IMG/VR virus record: IMGVR_UViG_3300046787_000408
Span: 1 to 64,000 of that record
Length of the DNA stretch: 64,000 nt
Direction: 5' to 3' (one strand)
The notes beneath the pieces were generated by a model, which was not told the origin of the DNA, did not search any database, and saw only the letters and a list, made by a program, of their open reading frames with translations. Position 1 is the stretch's first letter; every line of letters starts with the position of its first letter. Of this stretch, positions 19,409-27,882 are shown piece by piece. The position numbers were made by a program, and so were the translations under genes.

Positions 19409-20291
19409 AACTCTACATCTAACTCACCCTGAATTTGATGTATCCTTGGTGCTTCCTGGGAGTGTGTTGTTGAATGATAGTACTCAACTGCTTTCGGGAC
19501 AGTGCTATCATACTTCCTTGGGAGATTTATCTGTACAAGAAGTGTTGTGCATCAGCAAGCAATTTGATGTTATAAATTTTATACCCGACAAGTTTGATGC
19601 TGACAGTTCCATCTACCACGAAACTGTTGTCATACTCAATTATTTGTCTCATAAAAAACCAGTAACTGGATACACACCTGTTGGTCAACAGGAATTTTTA
19701 TCACTGGATGTTCATGATCGATCTGATGGCCCAACAGTGTGGGTTTTTGGTTGCAGTCACAGCTATGGCGTAGGGCTAACGGCCGATCAAGAGAATTTTG
19801 GGCAACACATAAGTCAGCACACCAAGTTGCCATTGAAATTGGTAGCACAATCAGGTTCTAGTGTTCAATGGAGTTTGCGACATTTGATGCATGCCAACTT
19901 CCAAGAAGGAGATTTTGTAATCTGGCAACTTACATCTCCGGAACGCATCAGTTACGGGTACCCACCGTCAGAGCTTAGATTCTCTCAAGCAGTGAGTCGA
20001 CATTTGCTTGAAACGTACAATGATCAACAGCTATTGTTCAATCAGTTATCGTTGTTCAATCAAGGTGTACAACATTTAAGATGTCAGCCAGTCAAATTTG
20101 CAGTTATATCCATTAGTGGATCATCGCCGCTGTTTTATCCTTGTTTGACCGAATACAGCAAGCACCCAGAATTTTGTCATGTGCCAAATTACCTATTGGA
20201 TTTAGGAACAGATGGAGAACACATGGGTCCTTTGAGTCACAAGGCTCTTGCGCAATCCATACTGAATCATGTAAACTACAGCAATGAGTAA
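19401..20291 (+). CDS. SGNH/GDSL hydrolase-like accessory protein
   Basis: VFGCSHSYGVG (block I) and DGEHMG (DxxH) motifs. Confidence 0.6.
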   Translation: MNKTLHLTHPEFDVSLVLPGSVLLNDSTQLLSGQCYHTSLGDLSVQEVLCISKQFDVINFIPDKFDADSSIYHETVVILNYLSHKKPVTGYTPVGQQEFLSLDVHDRSDGPTVWVFGCSHSYGVGLTADQENFGQHISQHTKLPLKLVAQSGSSVQWSLRHLMHANFQEGDFVIWQLTSPERISYGYPPSELRFSQAVSRHLLETYNDQQLLFNQLSLFNQGVQHLRCQPVKFAVISISGSSPLFYPCLTEYSKHPEFCHVPNYLLDLGTDGEHMGPLSHKALAQSILNHVNYSNE

Positions 20292-21300
20292 TCTATTTAA
20301 AAAAGCCGCAATCTTTACCGACATCCACTTTGGCTTGAAGTCAAACTCAGTTCTTCACAACGAGGACTGTTTGGCGTTTGTCAAGTGGGCAACTGCCAAA
20401 GCAAAAGAGGAAGGTTGTGAAACCTGTTTGTTCTTGGGCGATTGGCACAACAATCGATCAACTATTAACATTGTCACACTCAACTACAGCTTACAATCCC
20501 TGGAGCACCTAAATGAGCATTTTGAACGTGTTTATTTTATTCCTGGTAACCATGATCTATATTATCGCGATAAACGTGACATTCAAAGCGTGGAGTTTGC
20601 AAAGCACCTCCCTAATGTTCAAATCTGTAATGATTGGTTCAGCGACGGTAATGTCACTATTGCCCCTTGGCTATGTGGAGACGATCATAAACGCCTGGCC
20701 AAACTAAAAGGCGATTACTTGTTTGGGCACTTTGAGCTGCCCGGTTATTTGATGAACGCAATGGTGGAGATGCCAGATCATGGGGAACTGCAACGAGATA
20801 GTCTTGGGGGATTTGGTCATGTGTTCACTGGGCACTTCCACAAGCGACAGACTAAAAAGAACATTACCTATATCGGTAATGCGTTCCCTCACAATTATGC
20901 AGACGCTGGTGACGACGAAAGAGGTCTCACTGTGTTGGAGTGGGGAAGAGCGCCTGAATTTCATGCTTGGCCTGCTCAACCAACATATCGTGTATATGGA
21001 CTCGCCAACCTTATTGACAACGCTGCAACACTTCTTAAGCCCAAAATGCATGTTAGAGTGAACCTAGATATTGAGATCAGTTACGAAGAAGCTAACTTTA
21101 TCAAGGAAACGTTTGTGCGGGACTACAATCTACGTGAGATGGCCCTGATTCCCAACAAGTCTGCAGGAGTAGATGAAGACATGGCACCTGGTGAAGTCAA
21201 GTTTGAATCAGTAGATCAGATTGTTACAGACCAGCTCACAAACATCGAATCTGAATTTTACGACAATAAACTCTTGCTCAAGATTTATCAAACATTATGA
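20284..21300 (+). CDS. gp47: Recombination endonuclease subunit (gp47/SbcD/Mre11)
   Basis: Metallophosphoesterase motifs TDIHFG, LGDWH, GNHD, GHF, GHFHK. Confidence 0.95.
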   Translation: MSNLFKKAAIFTDIHFGLKSNSVLHNEDCLAFVKWATAKAKEEGCETCLFLGDWHNNRSTINIVTLNYSLQSLEHLNEHFERVYFIPGNHDLYYRDKRDIQSVEFAKHLPNVQICNDWFSDGNVTIAPWLCGDDHKRLAKLKGDYLFGHFELPGYLMNAMVEMPDHGELQRDSLGGFGHVFTGHFHKRQTKKNITYIGNAFPHNYADAGDDERGLTVLEWGRAPEFHAWPAQPTYRVYGLANLIDNAATLLKPKMHVRVNLDIEISYEEANFIKETFVRDYNLREMALIPNKSAGVDEDMAPGEVKFESVDQIVTDQLTNIESEFYDNKLLLKIYQTL

Positions 21301-22694
21301 TTGTTTCATTGAATGCAATTTCTAAAAATTTTAGACTCTTCAATAATGATGAGTGGCTTTCACGCGATCTACTAACTGAATTTGTTGATCATTGGAAACT
21401 GATTTTTGTTGAAAAAAATCAGTTAAAAGCTGGAGATAAAATAGGTCTAGGATTTGCACTCACTGACATATATTATTTCGGCGCACTTATTGCTGCTGCA
21501 GAACTTGGACTCAAGTTGGTTGTGCTCGATGTGTCGTCAACAAAAAACGCAACCTCTGAATATTTTTTCCCCCTTGATCTTTTTGTGTCTGGTCCCATGT
21601 TGTCACCTGACAAACATCAGTATTACAGTACAGTCAGTTTACAAACTGAATTTTGGCATGTATGGGACAATTACACTACTACGTCTGACGGTTGGTGGGA
21701 TCATTCAACTAGATCTAGTATAGACCAGGATCTTGCGCTATTGTCATGCACTAGCTCAGGAACTACCAATCGTCCAAAAAAAGTTGAGCATAGTCACAAA
21801 TTTATATTCAACATATCTAAAAGAAATTGTAATCTGTTGAAATTCCGGGGCAATGTAATGCATATTAGAAATTTGCATCATGGCAGCAGTATTGCAACGT
21901 ACTTCCTTCCTTCACTAATGTCTGATGAGTGCACCGGACACTATGTTTTCAATGTAGAATCCCAATATCAAACAGCAGACCTGGTTCGGTACTGTGCTGA
22001 TCACGATATCAATCATATACAATTTCCATATGTAAATTTTGCTGAACAATTTTTAAAACAGGCAGTTTTACAAAATATCAAGTTCAATGATCTTACAATA
22101 TATGTACTATCATACATCAATCCGGCCTGGCAATCATTGATCCGACAGTGCGGCTTGGTAAAAATTGTCAGTATATTTGGTTGCAACGAAACTAGTGGGC
22201 CTTTGTTTACTAACAGTCTACAATCGAATCAGGTAGAGTTTGATTGCAAAATTTTTGTGGCCCTTGATGACTTTTATCAATTTGATTTTAATCAGCAAGA
22301 TCAACTAGTAGTGCATATCAATGACTACAACACATCTATTGTGATGCAGGATTCTTTCAGTCGGAACAATAATGTTTTTACCCACCATGGCCGCAATGAT
22401 CTTGTACGAATCAATGATGTTGAGGTTGATCTGTTTTGGATTTTGGATCTAGCAAAGAACGAACAGATCAATGCACAAATTGTACTAGACCGAGATCGGG
22501 AAAAACTATATCTAGCTGTTTGGGATCAAACTGACTTACAGTCAGTAACTGATCAGCTAAACGATAAGATTATTGATCGTTACAGCAACAAAGTAGTTAT
22601 TAGTTCTGCTATGCACTTAACCATGGACGAGTGTAGCTACGGAATCAAATTAGACCATGAAATCATACGAAATATTTTTCGAAAAAACATATGA
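21297..22694 (+). CDS. Adenylate-forming (ANL/AMP-binding) enzyme-like protein
   Basis: CTSSGTTNRPKKV P-loop, IFGCNETSG, D...HHGRNDLVRIND and C-terminal GIKLD; AT-richer than its neighbours. Confidence 0.75.
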   Translation: MIVSLNAISKNFRLFNNDEWLSRDLLTEFVDHWKLIFVEKNQLKAGDKIGLGFALTDIYYFGALIAAAELGLKLVVLDVSSTKNATSEYFFPLDLFVSGPMLSPDKHQYYSTVSLQTEFWHVWDNYTTTSDGWWDHSTRSSIDQDLALLSCTSSGTTNRPKKVEHSHKFIFNISKRNCNLLKFRGNVMHIRNLHHGSSIATYFLPSLMSDECTGHYVFNVESQYQTADLVRYCADHDINHIQFPYVNFAEQFLKQAVLQNIKFNDLTIYVLSYINPAWQSLIRQCGLVKIVSIFGCNETSGPLFTNSLQSNQVEFDCKIFVALDDFYQFDFNQQDQLVVHINDYNTSIVMQDSFSRNNNVFTHHGRNDLVRINDVEVDLFWILDLAKNEQINAQIVLDRDREKLYLAVWDQTDLQSVTDQLNDKIIDRYSNKVVISSAMHLTMDECSYGIKLDHEIIRNIFRKNI

Positions 22695-22939
22695 AAAAAC
22701 ATCAACACTTGTATAACAGCAACGAAAGCTACAAATCACATTTGGTATGGGCAATAACTTCAGGTGTCCAGCTGATATGGGCTGGCATCATGAGTCTGCT
22801 TCATGCAATTTATCCTGGCTGGTTCCCGTTTGGCGCTGCAAAAACAGTCATTGACTTATATTACAAAAGACTGCATAATCATGTTAATGACGATTATCAA
22901 CGCTATATCCAACAAGTTAAAAATCAAAAGAAATCATGA
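22691..22939 (+). CDS. Small hydrophobic protein (resembles DUF6356 as recalled)
   Basis: HL...NESYKSHL..A...G......LLHAIYP pattern; ATGA-coupled on both sides. Confidence 0.6.
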   Translation: MKKHQHLYNSNESYKSHLVWAITSGVQLIWAGIMSLLHAIYPGWFPFGAAKTVIDLYYKRLHNHVNDDYQRYIQQVKNQKKS

Positions 22940-25017
22940 TCCAAATTAAAAAACTCACTGTCAAGAACTTTATGAGCGTGGGCAATGCCACGCAAGGTAT
23001 TGACTTTGATCGCAGAGACTTAACACTGGTACTAGGGGAAAATTTAGATCTTGGTGGCGACGGTAGTCGCAACGGCACCGGCAAAACCACTATCATCAAT
23101 GCTCTCAGCTATGCTTTGTATGGTAATGCCCTGTCAAACATTCGCAAAGACAATCTTGTGAACAAAACCAACGGCAAGAACATGTTGGTAAGTCTGGATT
23201 TCAGCGTAGGCGGACAGGACTACAGAATTGAACGTGGACGCAAACCCAACGTTCTAAAGTTCTATGTGAATCACGAAGCACAAGCTGCTACAGACGAAGC
23301 ACAAGGCGAAAACAAAGAAACACAAGAAGCCATTGAACGTGTGATGGGCATGAGTCACGACATGTTCAAACATGTGTTGGCTCTAAATACCTATACCGAA
23401 CCGTTCCTGAGTTTGAAAGCCAACGACCAACGTGCTATCATTGAACAGTTGTTGGGTATCACACTGTTGAGCGAACGTGCTGATCGTATCAAAGAACTCA
23501 ACCGGCAAACCAAAGATGCTATCTCGCAAGAAGAATTTAGAATACGAGCTGAACAAGAAGCAAACAAACGTATCGAAGAACAGATCGAAAGTTTGCGTCG
23601 TCGCCAAGTGATGTGGCAGAAAAAATACGACAGTGATCTACAGAGCCTGGTTGTGCAATACGATGACTTGTCAAAGATCAACATCGAAGTAGAATTACAA
23701 GCACACCGAGACCTAGCAGTTTGGAGTGATCAAAAGAAACAACAGGAAACCTACAACTCGTTGGTGGCCCGTAGTACCGCTTGGAAACAAAAGCAACAAG
23801 CTGAATGGCAAGCTGCTGGCAGTGCGTACTTGGACAAAAATCGCATCAACATTGATATTGAACTTGAAGCCTGGGCACAGTTGTCTGCTTACAATCAAAA
23901 GTCCAAAGACATTGCTGAATTACAAAAGCTAATTGAACGCTGTGTTCAAGACGAGAAGAAAGAAACCAAGCTAGTAGAAAAACTACGAGCCGAAATCCAA
24001 GAACTCAAGAATCACAAATGTTATGCTTGTGGTCAAGACTTTCATGACGCCAATCACGAAAGTGTGTTGGTCTCCAAGGAAAAAGCCCTTCAAGAAGCTG
24101 CACTACAGGCCCTGGCCACTAACACTCAATGGGTCGAACATACTGATGCTTTGCTAAAGCTAGGGGAGTTGGGCACAAAGCCAGTTACTCATTACAAAAC
24201 TGAAGCAGAAGCAATTCGCCATGCTGGCGAGTTAGCCAGCTTGAAACAGGCCATGGATGCTAAAGAAGCGGAAGTCAACCCGTTTGCTGAACAGTTGGCC
24301 GAGCTGGAAGAAGTTGTGCCTGGACCACAACCAGTCACACACTACGACACCGAAGCTGAAGCTATCAAACATTCTAGTCAAGTGGCCAGTTTGTTAGCAC
24401 AGATTACCAACAAGCATGCTGAAACTGATCCTTACACTGAACAGATTGATGAAATGACTGGGCAAGCTTTGCAACCGGTCAGTTACAGTCATCTTAATGA
24501 ACTTACACGAGTTCAAGACCATCAAGACTTTTTGCTCAAACTGCTGACTTCTAAAGACTCATTTGTTCGCAAAAAGATTATTGATCAAAACTTGAGCTAT
24601 CTCAACAGCCGACTCACACATTACTTGGATCGCATGGGCCTCCCGCACACAGTTAAATTCATGAATGACTTGTCAGTCAACATTGAAGAACTGGGTCGAG
24701 AACTGGACTTTGACAATCTTTCAAGAGGTGAACGTACCAGATTGATTCTCAGCATGAGCTGGGCGTTTCGTGATGTGTGGGAAAGTTTGTATTACCCCAT
24801 TAACTTGATGTTTATTGATGAACTGATCGACAACGGACTAGACACAGCCGGAGTGGAGAATGCACTGGGCTTGTTGAAACGCATGAGTCGCGAACGCAAC
24901 AAGAGCGTGTGGCTTGTGAGTCACCGAGACGAACTAGCCGGACGAGTTGAAAACATACTCAAGGTAGTCAAAGAGAACGGCTTCACAAATTACAATACAG
25001 ACGTAGATGTTGCTTGA
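22936..25017 (+). CDS. gp46: Recombination ATPase subunit (gp46/SbcC/Rad50)
   Basis: KNFMSVG, Walker A NGTGKTT, zinc hook CYAC, signature LSRGE, Walker B FIDE, VSH. Confidence 0.95.
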   Translation: MIQIKKLTVKNFMSVGNATQGIDFDRRDLTLVLGENLDLGGDGSRNGTGKTTIINALSYALYGNALSNIRKDNLVNKTNGKNMLVSLDFSVGGQDYRIERGRKPNVLKFYVNHEAQAATDEAQGENKETQEAIERVMGMSHDMFKHVLALNTYTEPFLSLKANDQRAIIEQLLGITLLSERADRIKELNRQTKDAISQEEFRIRAEQEANKRIEEQIESLRRRQVMWQKKYDSDLQSLVVQYDDLSKINIEVELQAHRDLAVWSDQKKQQETYNSLVARSTAWKQKQQAEWQAAGSAYLDKNRINIDIELEAWAQLSAYNQKSKDIAELQKLIERCVQDEKKETKLVEKLRAEIQELKNHKCYACGQDFHDANHESVLVSKEKALQEAALQALATNTQWVEHTDALLKLGELGTKPVTHYKTEAEAIRHAGELASLKQAMDAKEAEVNPFAEQLAELEEVVPGPQPVTHYDTEAEAIKHSSQVASLLAQITNKHAETDPYTEQIDEMTGQALQPVSYSHLNELTRVQDHQDFLLKLLTSKDSFVRKKIIDQNLSYLNSRLTHYLDRMGLPHTVKFMNDLSVNIEELGRELDFDNLSRGERTRLILSMSWAFRDVWESLYYPINLMFIDELIDNGLDTAGVENALGLLKRMSRERNKSVWLVSHRDELAGRVENILKVVKENGFTNYNTDVDVA

Positions 25018-25126
25018 TACAAACATCTACGTTTTGACAAATCACTGGCAGCAAAAATACCACTAAAATAACAGGCAACACTTTGATCATGCTAACTAAT
25101 ACATAAGGCAGCAACGCAAAACAAAC

Positions 25127-25555
25127 ATGACTTGGTTATATCAAAACACCCCAGTTGAGACATTACCCGAAGAGTGTATTGGATTTGTATACTTAATCAC
25201 CAATAATCTATCTGGACGCAAGTACATAGGCAAAAAACTAGCAAAATTTAGCAAGACCACTTACAAAACAGTCAAGCAAAAAAACGGCATCAAAAAGAAA
25301 AAGAAGGTTAGATCAAAAGTCGATTCAGACTGGCGCGACTACTATGGTAGCAGCGAGCATCTAACCGCAGACATCGCACAATTAGGCACCGAAAACTTTA
25401 CCAGAGAAATACTTTACTATTGCACATCAAAAGCGCAGTGTTCGTACATTGAAGCTCGCGAGCAGTTTGATCGTAAAGTATTAGAATCAACAGATTATTA
25501 CAACGGCCATATCTCGGTTAGAGTACATGGCTCACATATCATAAACAAAATTTAA
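25127..25555 (+). CDS. Single-domain GIY-YIG endonuclease (EndoII/Seg-like catalytic domain only)
   Basis: GFVYLITN...YIGKK, YYGSS, FTREIL, E, YYN; Lys-rich insertion; no C-terminal DNA-binding repeats. Confidence 0.85.
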   Translation: MTWLYQNTPVETLPEECIGFVYLITNNLSGRKYIGKKLAKFSKTTYKTVKQKNGIKKKKKVRSKVDSDWRDYYGSSEHLTADIAQLGTENFTREILYYCTSKAQCSYIEAREQFDRKVLESTDYYNGHISVRVHGSHIINKI

Positions 25556-25559
25556 GTCA

Positions 25560-25995
25560 GGCAGTTTCGGCCCGCACAAGCCAATATCGTGTGCCCTAGA
25601 CCTGGATCACGGATCACAGGGATGGAAGTCTTGCCGCGCCAGCAAGCACTCAATCAGTATCCTTGACAGGACCACGATCGCTAATTGCTGCGGTTTGATT
25701 GTTTGAAGATGAATAAAAGCTAAAAAGACGCTACCGTGGGGTAGCAGGTTGGCACAGTATGTTAGCGTATGTTGTGTCAATTGCCGTTGTGATAAAGACA
25801 ACACTCGAGGTACCGGACAACCGCCTCTGTAATGTGTTAACGCTAAGTGACTTGCCCGACTCGGATGAAGTTTCTTTGCCCTGTGCGGGCAAAGTGTGAC
25901 CATAAGATCTGGATGAATACTTAGTCGCTTCGCTCTTGAGCTAACAGTATGTGTGAGCGATAGCGAAACACTGATGTGCGTAGCACATCAAAACA
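25560..25995 (+). ncRNA. Candidate large structured non-coding RNA (strand inferred)
   Basis: About 440 bp gap in a gene-dense genome containing at least nine stem-loops, e.g. GCTACC/GGTAGC 25730-25745, CTTTGCCC/GGGCAAAG 25874-25894, TGATGTGC/GCACATCA 25972-25990. Confidence 0.55.
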
Positions 25996-25998
25996 CAG

Positions 25999-26373
25999 TT
26001 AATATATTTTCTCTTCTACTATATCACTGTTTGTGATTTGATTGATTTGGCGTTTGATTGCAGCTCTTTGATCGTTCTTGATATACACAGCCCTTGCCAA
26101 AGCAATGAAATCACTGTCAAATTGTTGACGTTGTTCGTGTTGCCTTTTGGCATCTTCAATATTCCACAGTTCTTGGTTTATTGCGTGTAGCTGTATGGTT
26201 TGTTGTGAGATGTCTTGGCTCAATGCCAACTGATTGAGAGTGCTGTTGAGCTGGGTTAACTCAACAGAAACATTGTGTGTTTGTGTGGGTGTGCGGGCAT
26301 GAGCCAATTTTATCTGCAAGATTGTTATCTTGTCAATCAACTCGCCTACACTAACCGGGACATGCACTATCAT
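25999..26373 (-). CDS. Conserved small helical protein (resembles DUF6165 as recalled)
   Basis: VPVSVGELIDKITILQIK...INQELWNIED...FIALARAVYIKNDQRAAIKRQIN...SDIVEEK. Confidence 0.7.
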   Translation of the reverse strand: MIVHVPVSVGELIDKITILQIKLAHARTPTQTHNVSVELTQLNSTLNQLALSQDISQQTIQLHAINQELWNIEDAKRQHEQRQQFDSDFIALARAVYIKNDQRAAIKRQINQITNSDIVEEKIY

Positions 26374-26711
26374 AGATTTTGATCAGGCCAGTCTCTAAAC
26401 AGTGCATGTTGAATAGTTGAGCAATCCACGAACTGATTAAAGCTCTTGTGTTTGTCTTCTAGTTCACCTTCAAGTGGTGCTACTCGTTTGAATGCCGAAT
26501 CCATCTGAGCCATTCCTGTAAACTCCATGAGTATCATCCATTCTGGCATGTCTGCGATTGAACGAAAGCCCATTTTACAGCGTGTGATTCTGTAGCTTTC
26601 CATTTTGCCTTCTGATATCAAGTGATCAAAAAAGCTTTTCATGTTTGTGACCCATTCAAGGTCTGAAATGTCGCCGGCCTTGTTGGCCCAAATTGTATAT
26701 ACGTCTGCCAT
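26370..26711 (-). CDS. Small alpha/beta protein (resembles DUF6614 as recalled)
   Basis: 113 aa, coupled in the operon; SYRITRCKMGF...PEWMILMEF...QMDSAF. Confidence 0.6.
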   Translation of the reverse strand: MADVYTIWANKAGDISDLEWVTNMKSFFDHLISEGKMESYRITRCKMGFRSIADMPEWMILMEFTGMAQMDSAFKRVAPLEGELEDKHKSFNQFVDCSTIQHALFRDWPDQNL

Positions 26712-26714
26712 GTT

Positions 26715-27149
26715 TTACTCCAGTGGTCCCAGTAGTTCAAAGCCATCCATGCTTTGTTTGTACAGGTGTGCTTGTTCAAGATACAGGTATTGGAACCCGC
26801 GAGCCTTGTAGATAGCACACTCTGTTTGTAGTGTCTCTATCCCTAGCCGTAGCCGGGGATTGTTGTAGTTCCATGCGAATTGATCACACAGTGCATTCTT
26901 TTCGTCGTAGCGTCGGATCAAGCTGAACGCTGCTAGTTTGTCCCCGTCGTAATACCCTATTACGTCAGTCATTGGGTCTGTATAACGACTGTCAAATATA
27001 GGCATCACACTGGCAAAATGTTTGTATTTGCAGTAGTCTCTGTAGATGCTGTTCAGCTGAGTGATATTGGGTTCACGCAAGTACTCCCATTTTACCGTGG
27101 GTTTGTAGTTGGTTTTTGACAAATCAATACGTGCGAACTGGTAAGTCAT
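26715..27149 (-). CDS. Arginyl/leucyl-tRNA-protein transferase (ATE1/Bpt) C-terminal-domain-like GNAT protein
   Basis: IYRDYCKYKH...YYDGDKLAAFS...RLGIETLQTE...KARGFQYLYL...YK follows the ATE_C pattern (LY.RY...H; LG...L; G..YLYL; YK). Confidence 0.65.
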   Translation of the reverse strand: MTYQFARIDLSKTNYKPTVKWEYLREPNITQLNSIYRDYCKYKHFASVMPIFDSRYTDPMTDVIGYYDGDKLAAFSLIRRYDEKNALCDQFAWNYNNPRLRLGIETLQTECAIYKARGFQYLYLEQAHLYKQSMDGFELLGPLE

Positions 27150-27646
27150 CTAGGATCCTTTCTGTGGTGAAACAGCACTTTTAAGTAATCTTCTGGCCAA
27201 GTATCGTAGAATCCTTTGCGTGCCATACCTGCTGCTCGTTGATTAAGATCCTCAAGTGGCTGCACCAGAGCCAGTGCATATTTGCCTTGGTTCATTACAA
27301 TGCCATTGACTATTTCAGGATCTGCAGGATGATCTTCCAGCGCAATCAAGTCGTTGTGGTGCAAGAACTCTTGATTGGCTTGTTCAAGACTGCTAGAGAA
27401 CAATTCGTAATTCCATTCTGCAGGATCGTAGGCATATATTATTACTTCGTGCGAGCCCATGCCATGCTGACTGCGATGCTTTAGATCATAGTAAGGATCG
27501 GACCCTACAAAGATACCTATGGTGTTCTTGAGTCTTGCTGATCTTGCAAACGGGCATGGTGGCCATCCGCCTAGCGCAGGATGCGGCTTTTCCACAAAGT
27601 TTTCGCTCCATTCCAGGATGTCTCGGCGTAGTTGTTCTAGTTCCAT
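27146..27646 (-). CDS. DUF1415-like protein (CPFA motif)
   Basis: W..NFVE.P......PCPFAR and DHP motif; TAATG and ATGA coupling to its neighbours. Confidence 0.55.
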   Translation of the reverse strand: MELEQLRRDILEWSENFVEKPHPALGGWPPCPFARSARLKNTIGIFVGSDPYYDLKHRSQHGMGSHEVIIYAYDPAEWNYELFSSSLEQANQEFLHHNDLIALEDHPADPEIVNGIVMNQGKYALALVQPLEDLNQRAAGMARKGFYDTWPEDYLKVLFHHRKDPR

Positions 27647-27882
27647 TAAAAGAAAGGCAATTTGCTTGATTTAGTTGTTTCTAAGTTTTCCTTGATCAAT
27701 TCACTGATCAAGGTTCGTTCAGACGGACTCATTTGCATAACATCGTCATAGGTGGCGCCGCCTCGCATGTACCATGACATTTTCAAACTCTGCCTACGCA
27801 TTTCGTTGGCCTCCTGGTCCATCTGATCGATTAGTGCTGAAATTTCGTCAGCAGACGCTGTCAGGAGGCGGCTTCGAAAAAA
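27646..27882 (-). CDS. gp51-like assembly chaperone domain, probably expressed as a -1 frameshift extension of the upstream gene
   Basis: WYMRGGATYDDVMQMSPSERTLISELIKEN; frame open through the upstream gene's end; no clear RBS before the first ATG; slippery T TTT TTC at 27882-27876. Confidence 0.6.
   Translation of the reverse strand, partial: FFRSRLLTASADEISALIDQMDQEANEMRRQSLKMSWYMRGGATYDDVMQMSPSERTLISELIKENLETTKSSKLPFF

Noticed and set aside
25607-25903. 98 aa minus-strand ORF inside the candidate RNA
   Set aside because: No RBS or promoter, atypical composition and no recognisable motif; the hairpin density is better explained by RNA structure. Not formally excluded.
25560-25995. Group I/II intron, RNase P, tmRNA, hammerhead or CRISPR identity for the structured region
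   Set aside because: No interrupted gene on the flanks, no recognisable catalytic core or terminal motifs, and no repeat-spacer periodicity; GATGGAAGTC and CTGATG/GAAA resemblances are partial or in the wrong order.
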